A DNA stretch of 56,495 bases, filler included, from Bipalium vagum (taxonomy: Eukaryota), in NCBI GenBank assembly GCA_037834085.1. It is 3 parts of 3 records of this genome, joined end to end, with 100 filler letters (N's around TTAATTAATTAA, not from the genome) between each part and the next. Parts side by side here need not be neighbours in the genome. Positions count along the whole stretch, not along the records: positions 1 to 22,229 come from JBBMKC010225110.1; 2 more parts are not named here. One strand, given 5' to 3'. Each line of letters starts with the position of its first letter. Within the stretch, counting starts at the first letter, position 1. The notes under the pieces were generated by a model, which saw only the letters and a program-made list of their open reading frames with translations, was not told the DNA's origin and ran no database searches. Positions 1 through 13,329 of the stretch are shown one piece after another. The position numbers were made by a program, and so were the translations under genes.

Positions 1-164
1 TCTAATTGAGTCTTATAAATGCTTCTCTGATTTTCCAAATAAAATATCAATATCTTGATTCTTTCTTCCAATATATAGTTTTGCATTGTTCCTATAATTT
101 ATCTAAAAAATAAAATTTTAAAATTATTTAAATTACAAAAAGTTATGATCATCTTTAGGTAGGA

Positions 165-187
165 AGTAACTTTTGACGCACCCTGTA
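165..187. mobile_element. Tc1/mariner-type terminal inverted repeat (right end of an element starting left of the window or decayed)
   Basis: Reverse complement reads TA-CAGGGTGCGTCAAAAGTTACT, a typical TA-flanked CAGGGTG Tc1-like terminus; no partner TIR seen. Confidence 0.4.
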
Positions 188-311
188 TATAGAAAAATAA
201 AACCTCTGTAATGTGCTTGTTATGTTAAATAAAAATTATAATATTCATGCATCTCTTTCTACGCTAGTCTCACTACTTATTGGCGCACCACGTATATAAT
301 GAAAAATAAAT

Positions 312-1018
312 TTGTTAATATTAATATTATTTCTCATCAAAGCCCGAAGCAACAACCTGGGCTTAAATTATAGAATCTTCAATCTCATAAAAAATAACAA
401 CATTGTATGCCGTAAATGTAATTCCCAACCAGAAACCCAGTCACACGTACTCAACCACTGCCCTGCCAGACCAATCATGCCAACAATTAAACATAATGCA
501 GTCCTGGCTGTTCTCTCTGATTATCACCGCAAAAATAGATTCAATGTCGAAACCGACACAGCCCTACCAGATGACAACATAAACCGCCAAATAAATAATC
601 TTATATATAATCATCCGCCAAAAAAAGTAAAGAACATACACATCCTGGACCTGATTATCCCATATGATGGGCCGAAGACTTTCGACAACAACCAAAGGGC
701 AAACAAAGAAAAGTATACGGCCCTCGCAGACAAATTAGCCCATGAAAACAGATCCTCCACACTACTCGATGTCATCAATGTGGGCTACCTAGGATCCTGG
801 GACCCAATGAACGAAATACCCCTCAAAAACCTGGGCCTGACGAAACCGCAAATCAAAGAATTGGCACAAAATCTCCAAATATCTGCAGTCCAGGAATCAT
901 ATCATATTTATCTAAACCACATCTCAAAACCAACCCCAACAACCAGACAAACCCAATGATGATTCCTGATGCACTGCCTTTATCTGTATTATACTAATTT
1001 ATTTTTATGGAAAAAAAA
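312..1018 (+). mobile_element. 5'-truncated REL-endonuclease non-LTR retrotransposon (NeSL/Utopia-like, R2 group): C-terminal zinc knuckle, REL domain and short 3' UTR
   Basis: ORF 312-959 has FLIKARSN, CCHC knuckle CRKCxxxPETQSHVLNHC, KHNAV (RHN-like), ILDLIIPYD, KEKY and VGYLGSWDPMNE. No RT domain. A-run at ~1011-1018. Confidence 0.85.
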
Positions 1019-1659
1019 TTATTATTATGTATTATCATTATTATCTATATTTGTTATCAATGCTTTATGTCTTATTCAGTTTGCCTGTGATCACTTCTAT
1101 TTTTTATGACTTAAACTCGGTTAGGGGAAAAAAAAATTTTTTTTTTGCGAGATAAGGTTAAGAGTGACGTTTGAGTTTATAAGAATGTTATTCTTTTGGA
1201 CCTTTTTATCCTACTGCTTTTCTGTCGGATGTGTACCGCGGAAAAGAGTAGAGATCGATTTAATCTCAATTTTAAGCCGATGTGTCGAGTCCCGCATAAC
1301 TATGCTTTTTATCTTTTGATTTAGCAGAAATTATCCAGGAACGAGACCGCGGACGCAGAGGATGAGAAAACAGTTTGAAAAATGGCAACAATCCGATGAG
1401 AAATCAAAAACAAATCTCTATATTACGATAGAAATGTGTTATACGAATCTAATAAATTGTGACAAACCAAAAACTGTTATCATGAATTGTACTAAGAAAT
1501 TTAATTTGACAAAATTTTTCAAATCGGATTTTAAAAAAATTTCAAAAATTTAATTTTCTTAAAATTTCCGTTTTGACATTTATTTTTGTTTTACAAAAGC
1601 CTAATTTTATTGAATATTTCTTGAAAAATATTTTGAAATTTTTCATTACATTTTATCCA

Positions 1660-2568
1660 CTAAATATACATGATAGATCCACAACCATGCATCACTGTTG
1701 GTCGGAGGCACTCGATTTTCATTTCATCTACCACAGTTCTCCACACAATAACTTTTCCATCGCTCCCAAAAACATTAAATTTGCTTTCGTCAGACCAGAG
1801 GACTGTGTTCCAATCCATATGATCACTCAGAAAGGTTCTGACCCATTTCACTCTTTTTCTTGGCCATTCGACCGTGTAAACCTATCTCTCTCAGCCGGTT
1901 TCTGATAGTTGATGGCAAAGCAATTATATTATGTGACTTCTTAACTTGTACAGAGAGTGTATCCGCCGACGTACGCAGATTTTTTTGACGCATCTTCGCA
2001 GACATTTATTATTTTTGGCCGACCACTCCGAGATTGAGATAAAAGGGTTCCATCACCGAAATATTTATTCAACAATGATTGAACAGTTGACTTCGGACAA
2101 TGAAGCAATGAGGAGATCCAACCGATGCTGTTTCCTTCATTTCTTAATTGCAGAATTGCATTTCTGAAGTCAATCGAGTGTTCTTTTGACCTACGCCCCA
2201 TTACAATGCTTTTATCGCTGAAAGAAATCAAAGTTTATTTATATAACATGTTTTTATGATGTCAATAAATAATAATTGGTTAATAAAAACTATTTACCTT
2301 TAATTTAAATAAATGGCCAATGAAATATTATTTAAACAAAATGGTATTAACAATACTGGTAGAATATAAATATTTGCACAAATTTTATTTTATGTAATTA
2401 AAATATTGTTTGGTAATTAAATTTTATCAAATGTTTTGTTGGTTGCAATGCATTACATCAAAAACTACATATAAATACTGTGTTTCACTTCATAAGTTTC
2501 TTTATATTTTCTAAATCTAAGTTTAGAAACGAAAAAGGTGATCGTACGAATACTTTTTGCAGGTACTG
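1660..2568 (-). mobile_element. Tc1-like DNA transposon, frameshifted and 3'-truncated
   Basis: TIR CAGTACCTGCAAAAAGTATTCGTACG ends at 2568 next to a (TA)n run. Fragments contain RSGRPK, STIRNRLREIGLHGR, VLWSDESKFNVFGSDG and PTVMHGCGSIM. Confidence 0.92.
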
Positions 2569-3248
2569 TATATATATATATATATATATAAATTATTTAT
2601 TTATTTTTAAATATATATTTATTTATTATAAATTTATTTATATATTTATTCATATTTATGTCAAACTAAGTTACTCTTCATAATTTAATAAATAAAATTA
2701 TTTTACGGTATATATTCATTTTTCTATGAAAAATTGAGAAAAATTATTGCACATTATTTTGTAATAGAATTTATATAACTGTCCAATTTTTTATTTTACT
2801 TCTGAAAAATATTTATAGAACTTTTTTTTTAATTCGTGGTTAAGTTTGTTCTTCGATGAGTATTTTATAAGAAATAAAATTTGTCAGATTCTCATTAATA
2901 TTCTTTTTGAGTAAATAATCTTTTAGATTCCCTAAATTAATTTGACCTGATCTTTTAGCCAGTAGCCCCAGAAATATTTGATTTTTGCTAATTTATGTTT
3001 AAGTCAATTCTTATGAAATTAATAAAAATTGCCCAGTCTCACCACTTGTATTTAGATACTTTTCATTAGATATATATCTACTCTTCGTCTACTATGTGGC
3101 ATCATGCAGAAAAAGGTTCTTTTTCTATATGAAAGGAAAGAAAAATATTTCAATCACGCTGTACATTAAAATAGAACAAACAATCAATTTAGTATTTTTT
3201 ATTTTCCTGTAAATTTTGTGATTAAAATAGTAAAATTAGTTTCATTGT

Positions 3249-3379
3249 NNNNNNNNNNNNNNNNNNNNNNNNNNNNNNNNNNNNNNNNNNNNNNNNNNNN
3301 NNNNNNNNNNNNNNNNNNNNNNNNNNNNNNNNNNNNNNNNNNNNNNNNNNNNNNNNNNNNNNNNNNNNNNNNNNNNNNN
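3249..3379. other. Assembly gap (N run)
   Basis: Run of N. Confidence 1.
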
Positions 3380-3582
3380 CTAATTTATTTATTGCAGATT
3401 AAACATCTGCCTTAATTCGAATATGATTATCGAGTACCTACATTTGATTCTAAGAGATTTATAGACCCATTCTCGACTGAAAGTTTTTGGAATATCACTT
3501 TTTCATTGAAAAAATGATTTTTAAATTTTAAGTATTAAGAAATTAATCAATTTTTACAAGATTTGAAAAAAAAATTCCGTTG

Positions 3583-3670
3583 TAATAATAATAATAATTA
3601 ATAATAATAATTAATAATAATAATTAATAATTAATAATAATTAATAATAATAAATTCCGCAATAATAATA
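3583..3670 (+). repeat. Imperfect (TAA)n microsatellite
   Basis: Seen directly; bracketed by AAATTCCG on both sides. Confidence 0.85.
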
Positions 3671-3829
3671 TATTTCATTAAATCCGATTACTTAAACAAA
3701 CTTTTCAAATATGGACCTCATCTTCTTTTAAAATTAAATTATTTACTTTATAAAAATTCATTACCATTTATTTAAAATATTTTATTAAATATTTAAAAAC
3801 CTGTAACTTAATAATTTTTACATCCAACA

Positions 3830-6210
3830 TCCCGACTGTAATTTTTCCTCTTCTACGCCTCCTCATGTGCTAATTGTACATGTTTCGCATCTTGGTCTAG
3901 ATGACAAATCTGCTTTCGTATGTATCGAACCCTTCCTGTATTCGAACTTAATGTCAAGACTGTTCAAGTAATTAATCCACGTTTGGAATTGCGACGTGAT
4001 CGGCTTCTTCATACTCATCATGAAGGTGATTGCTTTTATGGTCCGTTCTTAATCTGAACCTTCTTTTTTATAAATAATACTGAAAGTGATTGCAAAAGTA
4101 ATAAATGGACAGCAATTCCTTTCGAGTAATACAGTAACAAATTTCATGGCAGCTCATGGCGTGAGAGTCGTATGCTATCACTCGTTCTTTTCCATTTTCG
4201 TCCGGTTGAGACATAACTGCTCCTATTGAATCAAAGCTCGCATCAGTATCTAGAATAAATTCCTTCTTAATATCGGGAAAACACAGTATGGGACTTGATG
4301 TTATTCCTTTTTTCATCTCCTTGAACGCTTCTTCCATCTCAAGTGTCCATATTAATTTTTTCTCACTCTTTCCACACGTTCTCGTCAAGGACCTAGATCT
4401 TTTCGAGTATTCCTTTATAAATCTTCTATAATAGTTACAGATCCCTACAAAGCTTCTCAATCCTTTTACACATTTCGGCCTTTCGAAATTTTTAATCGTC
4501 TCCAACTTTGAAGGGTCTGTCTTTACCCCTTTCTACTCACCACATGACCGAAAAAATATTTTTCCTCTTTCAGCAAATGACACTTTTCTGGATTTATCCT
4601 TAGTCCAGCTTCGCACACTCTTCTCAGTACTTCGTTCAGAACCTTATAATGCTCACTTTCAGTCCCCGTAAATATATGTCGTCCAGATAGATCGTTGCTC
4701 CTTTTATACCACCGACGACCTTCATCATTATCTCCTGAAATGTGCCTGGAGCTGCAGTTATTCCAAAGGGCATCCTATTAAAACAATATTGTCCTTCCTT
4801 GGTAGAAAAAGCCGTCTTGATCTTTGATGTCTCCTATAATTCCACTTGATAATATGCATTACCTAAATCAATAGAGCTGAAATACTTTGCCTCACCTAAG
4901 GCGTCCAACATTTCATCGACATTTGGCATCGGAAATGCCTGCCTTTCCGTGACTGCATTTAACTGCCGAAAATCCAAACATATACGGATATCTTTCTTCT
5001 CCTTCTTCCATACACAAATCAACGGTGTTCCAAGGTGAATGCATTTCTTAATAATTCCATTGTTGTATAGGTTCTTGAATGTCTCTTATCTCTTCTCCTC
5101 TAGGTTCATCGGTTGTCTAAACGGCTTAAGATTAATCGGTTCTCCCATTGTCCGGATATGGTGTTTCGCCGGTGAGTGCAGCCTATATCCCATTTGTTGG
5201 CCATGAAAACATCCTCGTTCTCTTTTATTATGTGCACCAGCCGCCTGTTGATCTTCATTCCTGTGAGCTCTAATGCTCTCTTAAAACGCTCCCCTTCCTT
5301 GACTTCATTACCAAATTTCTTTTCAATATTACACATATCAATCTTTTCTTTCCTTTCCATCAGTTTTGATCTGCCCGGAATTTTCTTTAACCAATCTAAA
5401 TCCGAATACCTTCTGGAGATTTATTCACATTAAATCTTGTGTGACTTCCTCTACTACTGTAAAGTTCAACAGTTTTGACTCATCTGCTACCCTCTCCAGA
5501 ATGGAGCATTTTCAATTGGCAATTGTTGGCACACCTTAATCTGTCATTACTTCTCACTACTTCCACGTCTTTAAGCTTTTTCAAAATTTTCTTACTCATT
5601 ACACTGACCCCAGCTCCCGTATCTAATAAGCATTCGAATATTTGTCCTTGAACCTCTACCATTATATTTGGTTTACCGTTCATCACTGTCTGTTATAAAG
5701 AAATCTCCTCCTTTAGTCACTGCTTCCATCTCCTCAGCATCATCAACATCGTTAAAGTCTTTCTTCATGAATTTCCACACTTTAGCTCACTCTTCTTCTT
5801 TGCACCGGGCACCCCTTTGGAAATCATCGTTGACGACGTTTAATAAAGGCTCCAACTAACTCCCCAACTAGCGGAGTCTTGTCTTTTGGGTACTGGTTTT
5901 GTTGTTCTTCGTATTCGAACTGTCTATCGACGTCTACTTCCTCTTCTAATGCATTTAAATTATTAATTCTCTATATTTTTTCTGATCCTCTGTGGTTGAA
6001 AACTCCTACCAACGTTAAGGTTCGTATAACATTCCCTTTCACTATACCCATTCCTGTTGCACCTCCTACACTTTATATTTGGACAAGCTCTCCTAATATG
6101 ACCCTCTCTCTGACATCCGAAACATACTTGAGGTTTCTTTTTAGGACAATCCCTGACCCTTGTCGTACAGTTTCGAGCTAAATGACCCTTCTTATTACAT
6201 CCGTAACATT
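3830..6210 (-). mobile_element. Ty3/Gypsy LTR retrotransposon gag-pol remnant (gag zinc knuckle, protease, RT, RNase H), disrupted
   Basis: In order on the minus strand: CYGCNKKGHLARNC (~6165-6208), LLDTGAGVS protease, IRICLDFRQLN...YFSSIDLGNAYYQV RT with RMPFG and IYLDDI segments, then LRSFVGICNYYRRFI...FILDTDAS...ELL RNase H. Several stops and frameshifts. Confidence 0.95.
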
Positions 6211-6244
6211 TAATATTTGTTCATTTAGGCATGAGGTCCTTATT

Positions 6245-6880
6245 TTAAAAAATTCAAGCAATTAGTTATTCAAACCACTCCTTATAAGGATGTTACTGAG
6301 ATATTTATTAATTATTAAGTATTAATCCGTTAGCACAAGGTCTGATGATTAAAGTTGATGAGCAAAATTTCGTAGTCAAACCTGCTCAATGTACGCATGG
6401 TCAATTTTGATATGTAAGAGCGAGCTTTATCATGCAGAAGTATTAGTTTTTTGATAACTATGGCTGGCCACATACGCTAAAGGTTTTATGAAATTCTTTA
6501 CCTTCTATACTTCTTTTTCAAATAAGCAGTCTCGACAACACTTTGTAATTACAATTTATTTACTTTTCTTTACAATTTGTCAATTTTCTTGGTTTTCCCA
6601 TTGTTTTTTTATGATTCAGAACTAGTGAATGTCTTACATCAAAATCTTACAAAAAAGCTCTCTAGATGTACTGTGATTGGTTTTCAGTAATGCAAACTTG
6701 TCGGTGTGATAAGCTGAAGATCGGTTACCATGCACTTCATCTTTAAGATTTTCTCTTCTTAATCTTTAGAATTATTATTGAAAGGTACATCCGTTAGCTG
6801 TATTTAAACCAAATTTCTCGTTCATATTACGAGCCGTTTCTGGTGTTTCACACCTCTTATATTCATAAAGGTAAATTACC
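6245..6880 (-). mobile_element. Highly degenerate mariner transposase remnant
   Basis: Hand translation gives ETARNMNEKFG (HTH region) and LILLHDKARSYIS...YEILL...SDLVLTD (HDNARPH / YSPDLAP-like). Confidence 0.7.
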
Positions 6881-7749
6881 CAGATTTAGTTAATTTTCAC
6901 CATTGATTAACTTCCTCTAAATAAAATAAAGATAAAACAATTTAAAAATAAAAATTTTTATCAAATTACAGAACTAGATTTAATGTTTACATTAATTGCA
7001 ATATAATATTAAATATTGAAGCATTTAAACAAATAAAATCTTTAAAGGTCAACTGTACTAAAAACGACATTTCTTATTTCCAAATCTTATTTTATTTAAT
7101 GTTTACATTAAAAATATTTCAGATCATATAGCTTGAACTTTTAATAGTCATCAAGAAATTTGATATATGATGGGTCAAAAAATTCAATTAAAGATTTTCA
7201 TAGATATATTCAGATACCAGCAATATTTTTACTTAATATTTGTAGATTTTAAAAATAAGATTTTGTTAGAATAATATAAAATATAAAGAAAATATAAAAG
7301 AAAAAAGGTTTAATTAGAAAGTTGAATTCTAAATCGCTGATATATTGTTGACACTACCTCAATTAATCAATGTATAAACAAAAGCAAATGCTGTAATTTG
7401 GACTGAGACGCTAATTATCTCTCAAAGATTGGGATTGATTGGTGCCTATTGGCAGTGTCAACATAAATTATTCGTATCAGAGTGCGTTTTGTAAAGGGAC
7501 TGGAAAATTTACTGTTTTGTTTACAATACATTACAGATATGTAAATAAATAAATAAACAACTATATTAAAGGATGAATATACTATGGGAATAGGTAATGT
7601 GAGAGTACAATATTGTTGAGATGTTAATAAAAGTGAAAAAAGTTTAGTATAGATATAATGACAAAAATATTGGAATATGTAAAAATATATGTAAGGTTTA
7701 GAAGAGGTGAAAAACAGTTGCCTATTTTTAGTAAATAACTTAAAAATCG

Positions 7750-8400
7750 TTAATACATTCCAAACAAAGCTTTAGTAATTTGAAATTTAGAAACTTCTGC
7801 CAACGGGAAATAGTTGTGATGCAATATAATACCTTTCCGATTGAATACGACTGGTTATTGCAAACAAAATTTTTTATTCATTAAATCTATTCCTTGGATC
7901 TACAGAAAGCTACCATGAATGAGACTGTGACAGACCACAAGGGGTCACTATAATATTTTCGGATGGGACACTGATTTTTGCATTTGACGAGTACATTCAT
8001 CATGATCCTAACATTAGTTAGATTAACATTGCTTATTAAACACCATCAATTTCTAATATAACGTTACTATACAATCAAGAAGTGAATCTGATCCGTTGAA
8101 GAAGTCCAGAAGATTTTTTATCAAATCATGCGGTATCAATTTGTTCAACTTCTAATTTTATTCCAGTGCGAAGAGTGAAATTATGTTCCACGTTGGTGTG
8201 TTTCTTATTTTGCAGCTTCCTTTTCATTAGTTTATTTCGATAAGTTTTTTTTAAATTGAATATCATCAACGTGATCCTCTTCATCTTCAAGTCTGATATT
8301 TAGATCCAAAAATTTTCAAGCCATCTACCTGAGGTGGCTCTCAGATTGTTTGATTAACCAATGTCTGGATTAGGTTTTCAACATAGTTATGTAATTATAG
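7750..8400 (-). mobile_element. Highly degenerate mariner transposase remnant
   Basis: Hand translation gives LEDEE..., KLNKLIPHDL (WVPHEL-like) and LLDCIVT; many stops. Confidence 0.5.
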
Positions 8401-9977
8401 TGTAATAATATGATTGTAATTCCTGATTTTGATATCATTTCTAAAATTTTTTACAAATTTTAATCAATTAATCCGTTAAAGAAGTAACTGTCATATTGAA
8501 CTTTTAATTCATACTTTATAAAATAACATAATCTAAAAGGAAAAAAGGAAAAAAAATGCCCATTACCTTTGCACAAACTTATAATACAATTACTTTTAAA
8601 AAGAAAGTGTACGACAATTTAAGAATACAATCTTTATTGCAGATATCTTCAGACATCTTTGAAATGTGAAGGTAGCGCCATATCATTTTATATGAGTTCA
8701 AGGAAATCTTTTGAGCAAGAGTGTAAAAATTATCAATATCGAAGCCATAGTTAAGTAATATTCTCAGGAAATGTTAATTATATTTAAGACAAACAAGGAT
8801 TTTAGAGAAAATTTCTTAAAAAGATGTTACAAACTTCCCCTTTGTAATATTTTAATAAAATTGTAATTTAATTTAAAAATATGTTTATATTTTAAGATTA
8901 TATCATAATTATATAATTATTAATTATAAAATATAATTAATAAAATTCTCATCAAATTTAAATATGATTAGAAAATTAATTATATATTAAAATAATATAA
9001 TTTTAGAATAAAAATCAAAATGATATAATACATTTTCCAAAACATTCGTATGCCTAATATGTCGCTTAATTCTTTCTTACACGAAAAATATTATGGAATG
9101 GAAAATTATTTTTGTTTTCAGAATTTTTCTTCTCATATGCTTATTTTCTTCAATTATGAACACTTCTGCTATCATGTCGTTCGTATTATATATATTGTTA
9201 CTTTTATAATGCATTTCTTAGAGGAAATTGAGTTTTGTCTTGTAAAGTATTTTCACTGGATTTTATTATTTTTCGTTCAATGTGCCTATCTAATTTAAAA
9301 TGACCAAAATAAGTACATTGGGAAAAGTACATTTTTGGACATTTCGACTTCCATGTATCCATATGATTACTATCGAAGTTTAACAGAGATTTATCACAGT
9401 TTTCTGGTGAAAATTTTTAATACCGTGATGCACTGCATATTTATTGATAAAATAATATAAAAGTTATATCTTTAATTAAAAAATTATCCACTTTTCCTAT
9501 TATATTATATTCACCAAATCCGCAAGGAAATGGGTTCAGTGGATCATTGATTGAACTCAATTCAAGTTCCACTATTGTTATTTACTAACATAACCGGATT
9601 GCAATCAAATCAAAGTATTTATAAATAAATACTTTTTCTTTCTAAAAACACATAAAATAGTGATTTTAGAATAAAAAAATCAATTTTACCTAAAATTGTT
9701 TGAAAATTCTGTTAATATTATGTAAATTATTAGTAATATTAGTTTATTGTTAATAATATTTAATAATTTTATTATTATATAATATTAATGTTATTTATAT
9801 TTATACTCACACAATAAATTTAAAGTCAGGTGAGTATAACAAAGATGAAATAAAAGTTGAAAAAGTTACGAAATTAAATTAATTAATAAAATTATATATT
9901 TGAAATTTTAATTTGAAAATTTTTTTCGGAAAACTCATTAATTTTAACTTAATCAAAAGCTTAACATATTTATATAC

Positions 9978-10388
9978 CGGTATTCCAGCCCAATATGTAC
10001 AATCTTTCCATGTCAACGAAGGAGAGACAGATCTCAGATAAACTCCAAGTCCTGACATAGAGAGACCTAGTCCCAATTGCATACTGATAAGCAGAACGTT
10101 AATCCGACAAAACTGTATTTCAAATTTTTCTTTATTTTGATTTATACTGGAAAGTCGTCTTCCGGAAACCAAGGAAAAATTTCTTGAAATTGATAGATAG
10201 TTTTCCGTATTTTTGAAACCACCAGGAGAAGGAAAAATTTCCAGAGATATTGAGCTTTGGGAAGACTTTCTTTCGTTTTCGATTTTTCTTTCAACTTTCA
10301 GATTGGGCTTATTCTTTTTCGAAGTCACTGATAGCACTTCTGGTGCTGAATTGACGCGAGGCTTAGATTTCAGATGATTATTTTCCAT
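9978..10388 (-). CDS. Coding exon of a sarcospan-like / CD20-MS4A-family tetraspan membrane protein (cytoplasmic N-tail and first TM helix)
   Basis: FCRINVLLISMQLGLGLSMSGLGVYLRSVSPSLTWKDCTYWAGIP resembles sarcospan CRFPLLLALLQLALGIAVTVVGFLMASISSSLLVRDTPFWAGII. GT donor directly after the Pro codon (9977). The frame stays open up to an AG acceptor near 10508. Later exons not recognised. Confidence 0.72.
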
Positions 10389-11009
10389 GAAGTGTTTCAG
10401 AATGTGAAATGATTCCCATTTTCCATTTGAAAATATTGTCTTCCATTTAAACAGTTTCTGCAGATTACCATTTGTAGAAAATAAGCCAATCTTGTTGAAC
10501 TTAAACTCTAAAAATTAAAAGTTTACAGAAAGAATTAAGTAATTTCTACAATTCCAATAGCTCTGAAACAAATAGATCAATAAATCTGATTTTCTTACTT
10601 TTCACTCCATTACAACAGAAAAATTATGGATAAAATGATTAAAATTGAAAGCGTAATAACTGCAGTCGCCTTCGTAATTAATTCCTTTCTTGGTCGGAAT
10701 TATTGGAGCAAAATACAAAACTTTGAAATAATTGTGACGAAGAACAGGAAATAAAAACAATAAAGATAATAAAATTCGTCTTGTTATCATTTAAAGCATT
10801 TAAAATATAATGATAACAAATGATACGTAAATGAATAACACCCTATAAATAAGAAACGAAACTTTTTTTAAACTTAAATAAGTTTAATGTAATATACAAA
10901 TTGTTTAAATGTCTTATTTTAACTTAATAAGCAAATCAAGATCTTTAAAATGATATATAGAAGTAAGATAAGCATATCGGTATTATTAAATTTTTTACAT
11001 TTTCAGAAA

Positions 11010-11250
11010 TGAGTCTCAAGAATCGTATTGTATTTTTACAATAAAAACAGACATGTAGAGGGAAACTTTATTGTTAGGCATTTCGTTGATGAAGGAATAC
11101 TCAAATTAGCTGTTTACAGGTTAATATCATGTGCTGAAAACGGTGAAAGGAAAAAGTGAAATGGTCATCAACCCAAAATTGCGACAACATTCAACCTGAA
11201 ATTGTTAGAAAAAAAATTGAACAATACCTCTAGAATTGGTCAAAAATCGT
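11010..11250 (+). mobile_element. Tc1/mariner-superfamily transposase N-terminal remnant
   Basis: Translates to ...FIVRHFVDEGILKLAVYRLISCAENG, an HTH-like transposase start; frameshifted. Confidence 0.4.
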
Positions 11251-12329
11251 TTTTACCATTTTCTAACATCTTGATCCATTTATTATTTAAACTTTTAAAT
11301 AATTTACACTTTGGTTTATACATGAAATAAAAGGTCTTTTGTTCAAATCATAGGATTTTTTTTCCTTTTGAGTTTTAGTCATAAAAATAGTAAATTTTAA
11401 CTTATAGTCACTGTTTTTTTGTTTTGCATTTTTACATTTTTTCTTTATAGTCAGTCCGTCATTAAACATTGTAGAAGATTAATGCATTTAAAATCTTGTT
11501 CCTTTCCATGAGAAATTTCAACATATCCACAACTTAAGATCATATGCTCACCACAAAAAACCTGTATCCGTATTCAAAGAGAATCTAGGTTATAAAATAA
11601 ACAACCAAATGAAAACAAATATTGAACTTAGCAACATTCAGCCTATATGAAAAATAAAAATACGAATGAATGGTACTAGTGGCAGTCTTTGACAAAATAC
11701 ACAATTCAATACATTTTCCTTACATTCAGGACCCTACCAAGACAAAAATAATCTGCAATTGTTCATTCAAAGTCTACAGATGCTCAATAATCTTCCTTCA
11801 TCCAGATGCAAGGACAAACGGTCTCTGTGCTAACAACACTATGTAAACAATGCGGGCTAGAATCAGAATTACAATCAAAATTACTATACAAAATCATTTG
11901 AACACAAAGCCGAAGAAAACGACATATTTCGAAAATATGGAACCAAAATCTAGAACGTCAAACTTTATTTTCGTAGTCGAAGAATTACAATTCGTTTCAA
12001 ACTATGTGGTGGTTATCTTATTGTGTCTGTTGGAGCTTTTGATCTCTTGTTAAATAATTCTACCTAGTTTATTTAGTTTTAAAAAATTGAATTTAATTCT
12101 TGTATATATCATTAATTAATTATTTATTTATTATTTATATAATTTTTAAAACTAAATATAAAATTATTTATGTAATAAAACTAACAATGTTTAGAAGCAG
12201 AACTTTAAGATCATATGTTATTCAGTGAAATCTCATTTAGAAAAAATCAATGTTATATTCTTATTATTAGATCAAAAAGTATGAAATGCATATATATAAT
12301 AACAAACATTTATTAAAGAAATCTTTAAT

Positions 12330-13265
12330 AAGGAACAATTTATTTAATCAAAAAACCACCTTCAGCATGTATACACTTCTGCCACCTTTTTGGCAGCTCG
12401 GATACGTTTTTATTAAAAAACTCAGGTTTCAGAGATTCGACGAACTGCATAAACACACTTTGGACAGCCTCGGTGAAATGGAATTTTTTCCTTGTAATAA
12501 GTTATCCAAATTCCTGAAAAAATAATAGTTGGTAGATCCAAGGTCTGGGGAATAAGGAGGTTGATCAACGATTTCCAAATTCATCTTCACTATTTTTAGT
12601 TTCATTCGCTTTGCAATGTGTGGGCGGGCATTGTCAAGAAGAAGTATTGGTGTATCTTTGTTGAACAACCTTGGTAGTTTTTCTAAAAGATTCTTTATCA
12701 TGTTTTCCAATGAAGTACAATAAACCTCAGTCGTGATTGATTGACCTTATCCATGAAGCTATGGTATATCAACCAACGACTTGTCCACCAATAGTTTCTT
12801 TTGATGAATTTTCGACTTCTGGCAATGCTTGGGAGATTCATTTGCATCTATACATTGTGTAGATCCCTTACGATTGTCTTATAAGATACCCTTTTCATCA
12901 CATGTAACAAAGCGATGCAAAAATAGATCATTCTTGTTCCGTGAGAGCAGAGAAAGACATGCATCAAAACGCCTGTTCACAGGGATTTCTGTTAATTCAT
13001 AAAAAGTCCAACAATCAAGTTTTTTTACTTTATTTATTTGCCGTAAATGGTCCAAAATGGTTGGAATTGAAACCTGGAAAATTTCTTTTAATTCTGTGCT
13101 AGATTGGGATGTGTTTCTTTCCACTGCAGCCTTCAATTCGTCATTTCTTACCTTGATTTCAGGTCTTCATCATGACAGATTAATTAGGTCAAAATCACCA
13201 AACGACTGATGGTGTTTTGGATGGGCGCACTATCACCAAAATCTCTTTCATGTTCCGGGCAGCTT
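12330..13265 (-). mobile_element. mariner (DD34D) element, disrupted
   Basis: FLHRFVTCDEKGIL, PILLLDNARPHIA and QPPYSPDLGSTNYYFFRNLDN in the ORF track. Confidence 0.93.
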
Positions 13266-13329
13266 TTATTATTATTATACAATTATTTACAACTATGTAT
13301 TTATTTTAAATATTTACTATTGTTTTCAA

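Noticed and set aside
9515-9642. Candidate next sarcospan exon (KEKVFIYKYFD...)
   Set aside because: Stops appear within ~20 codons and the expected second and third TM helices are absent.
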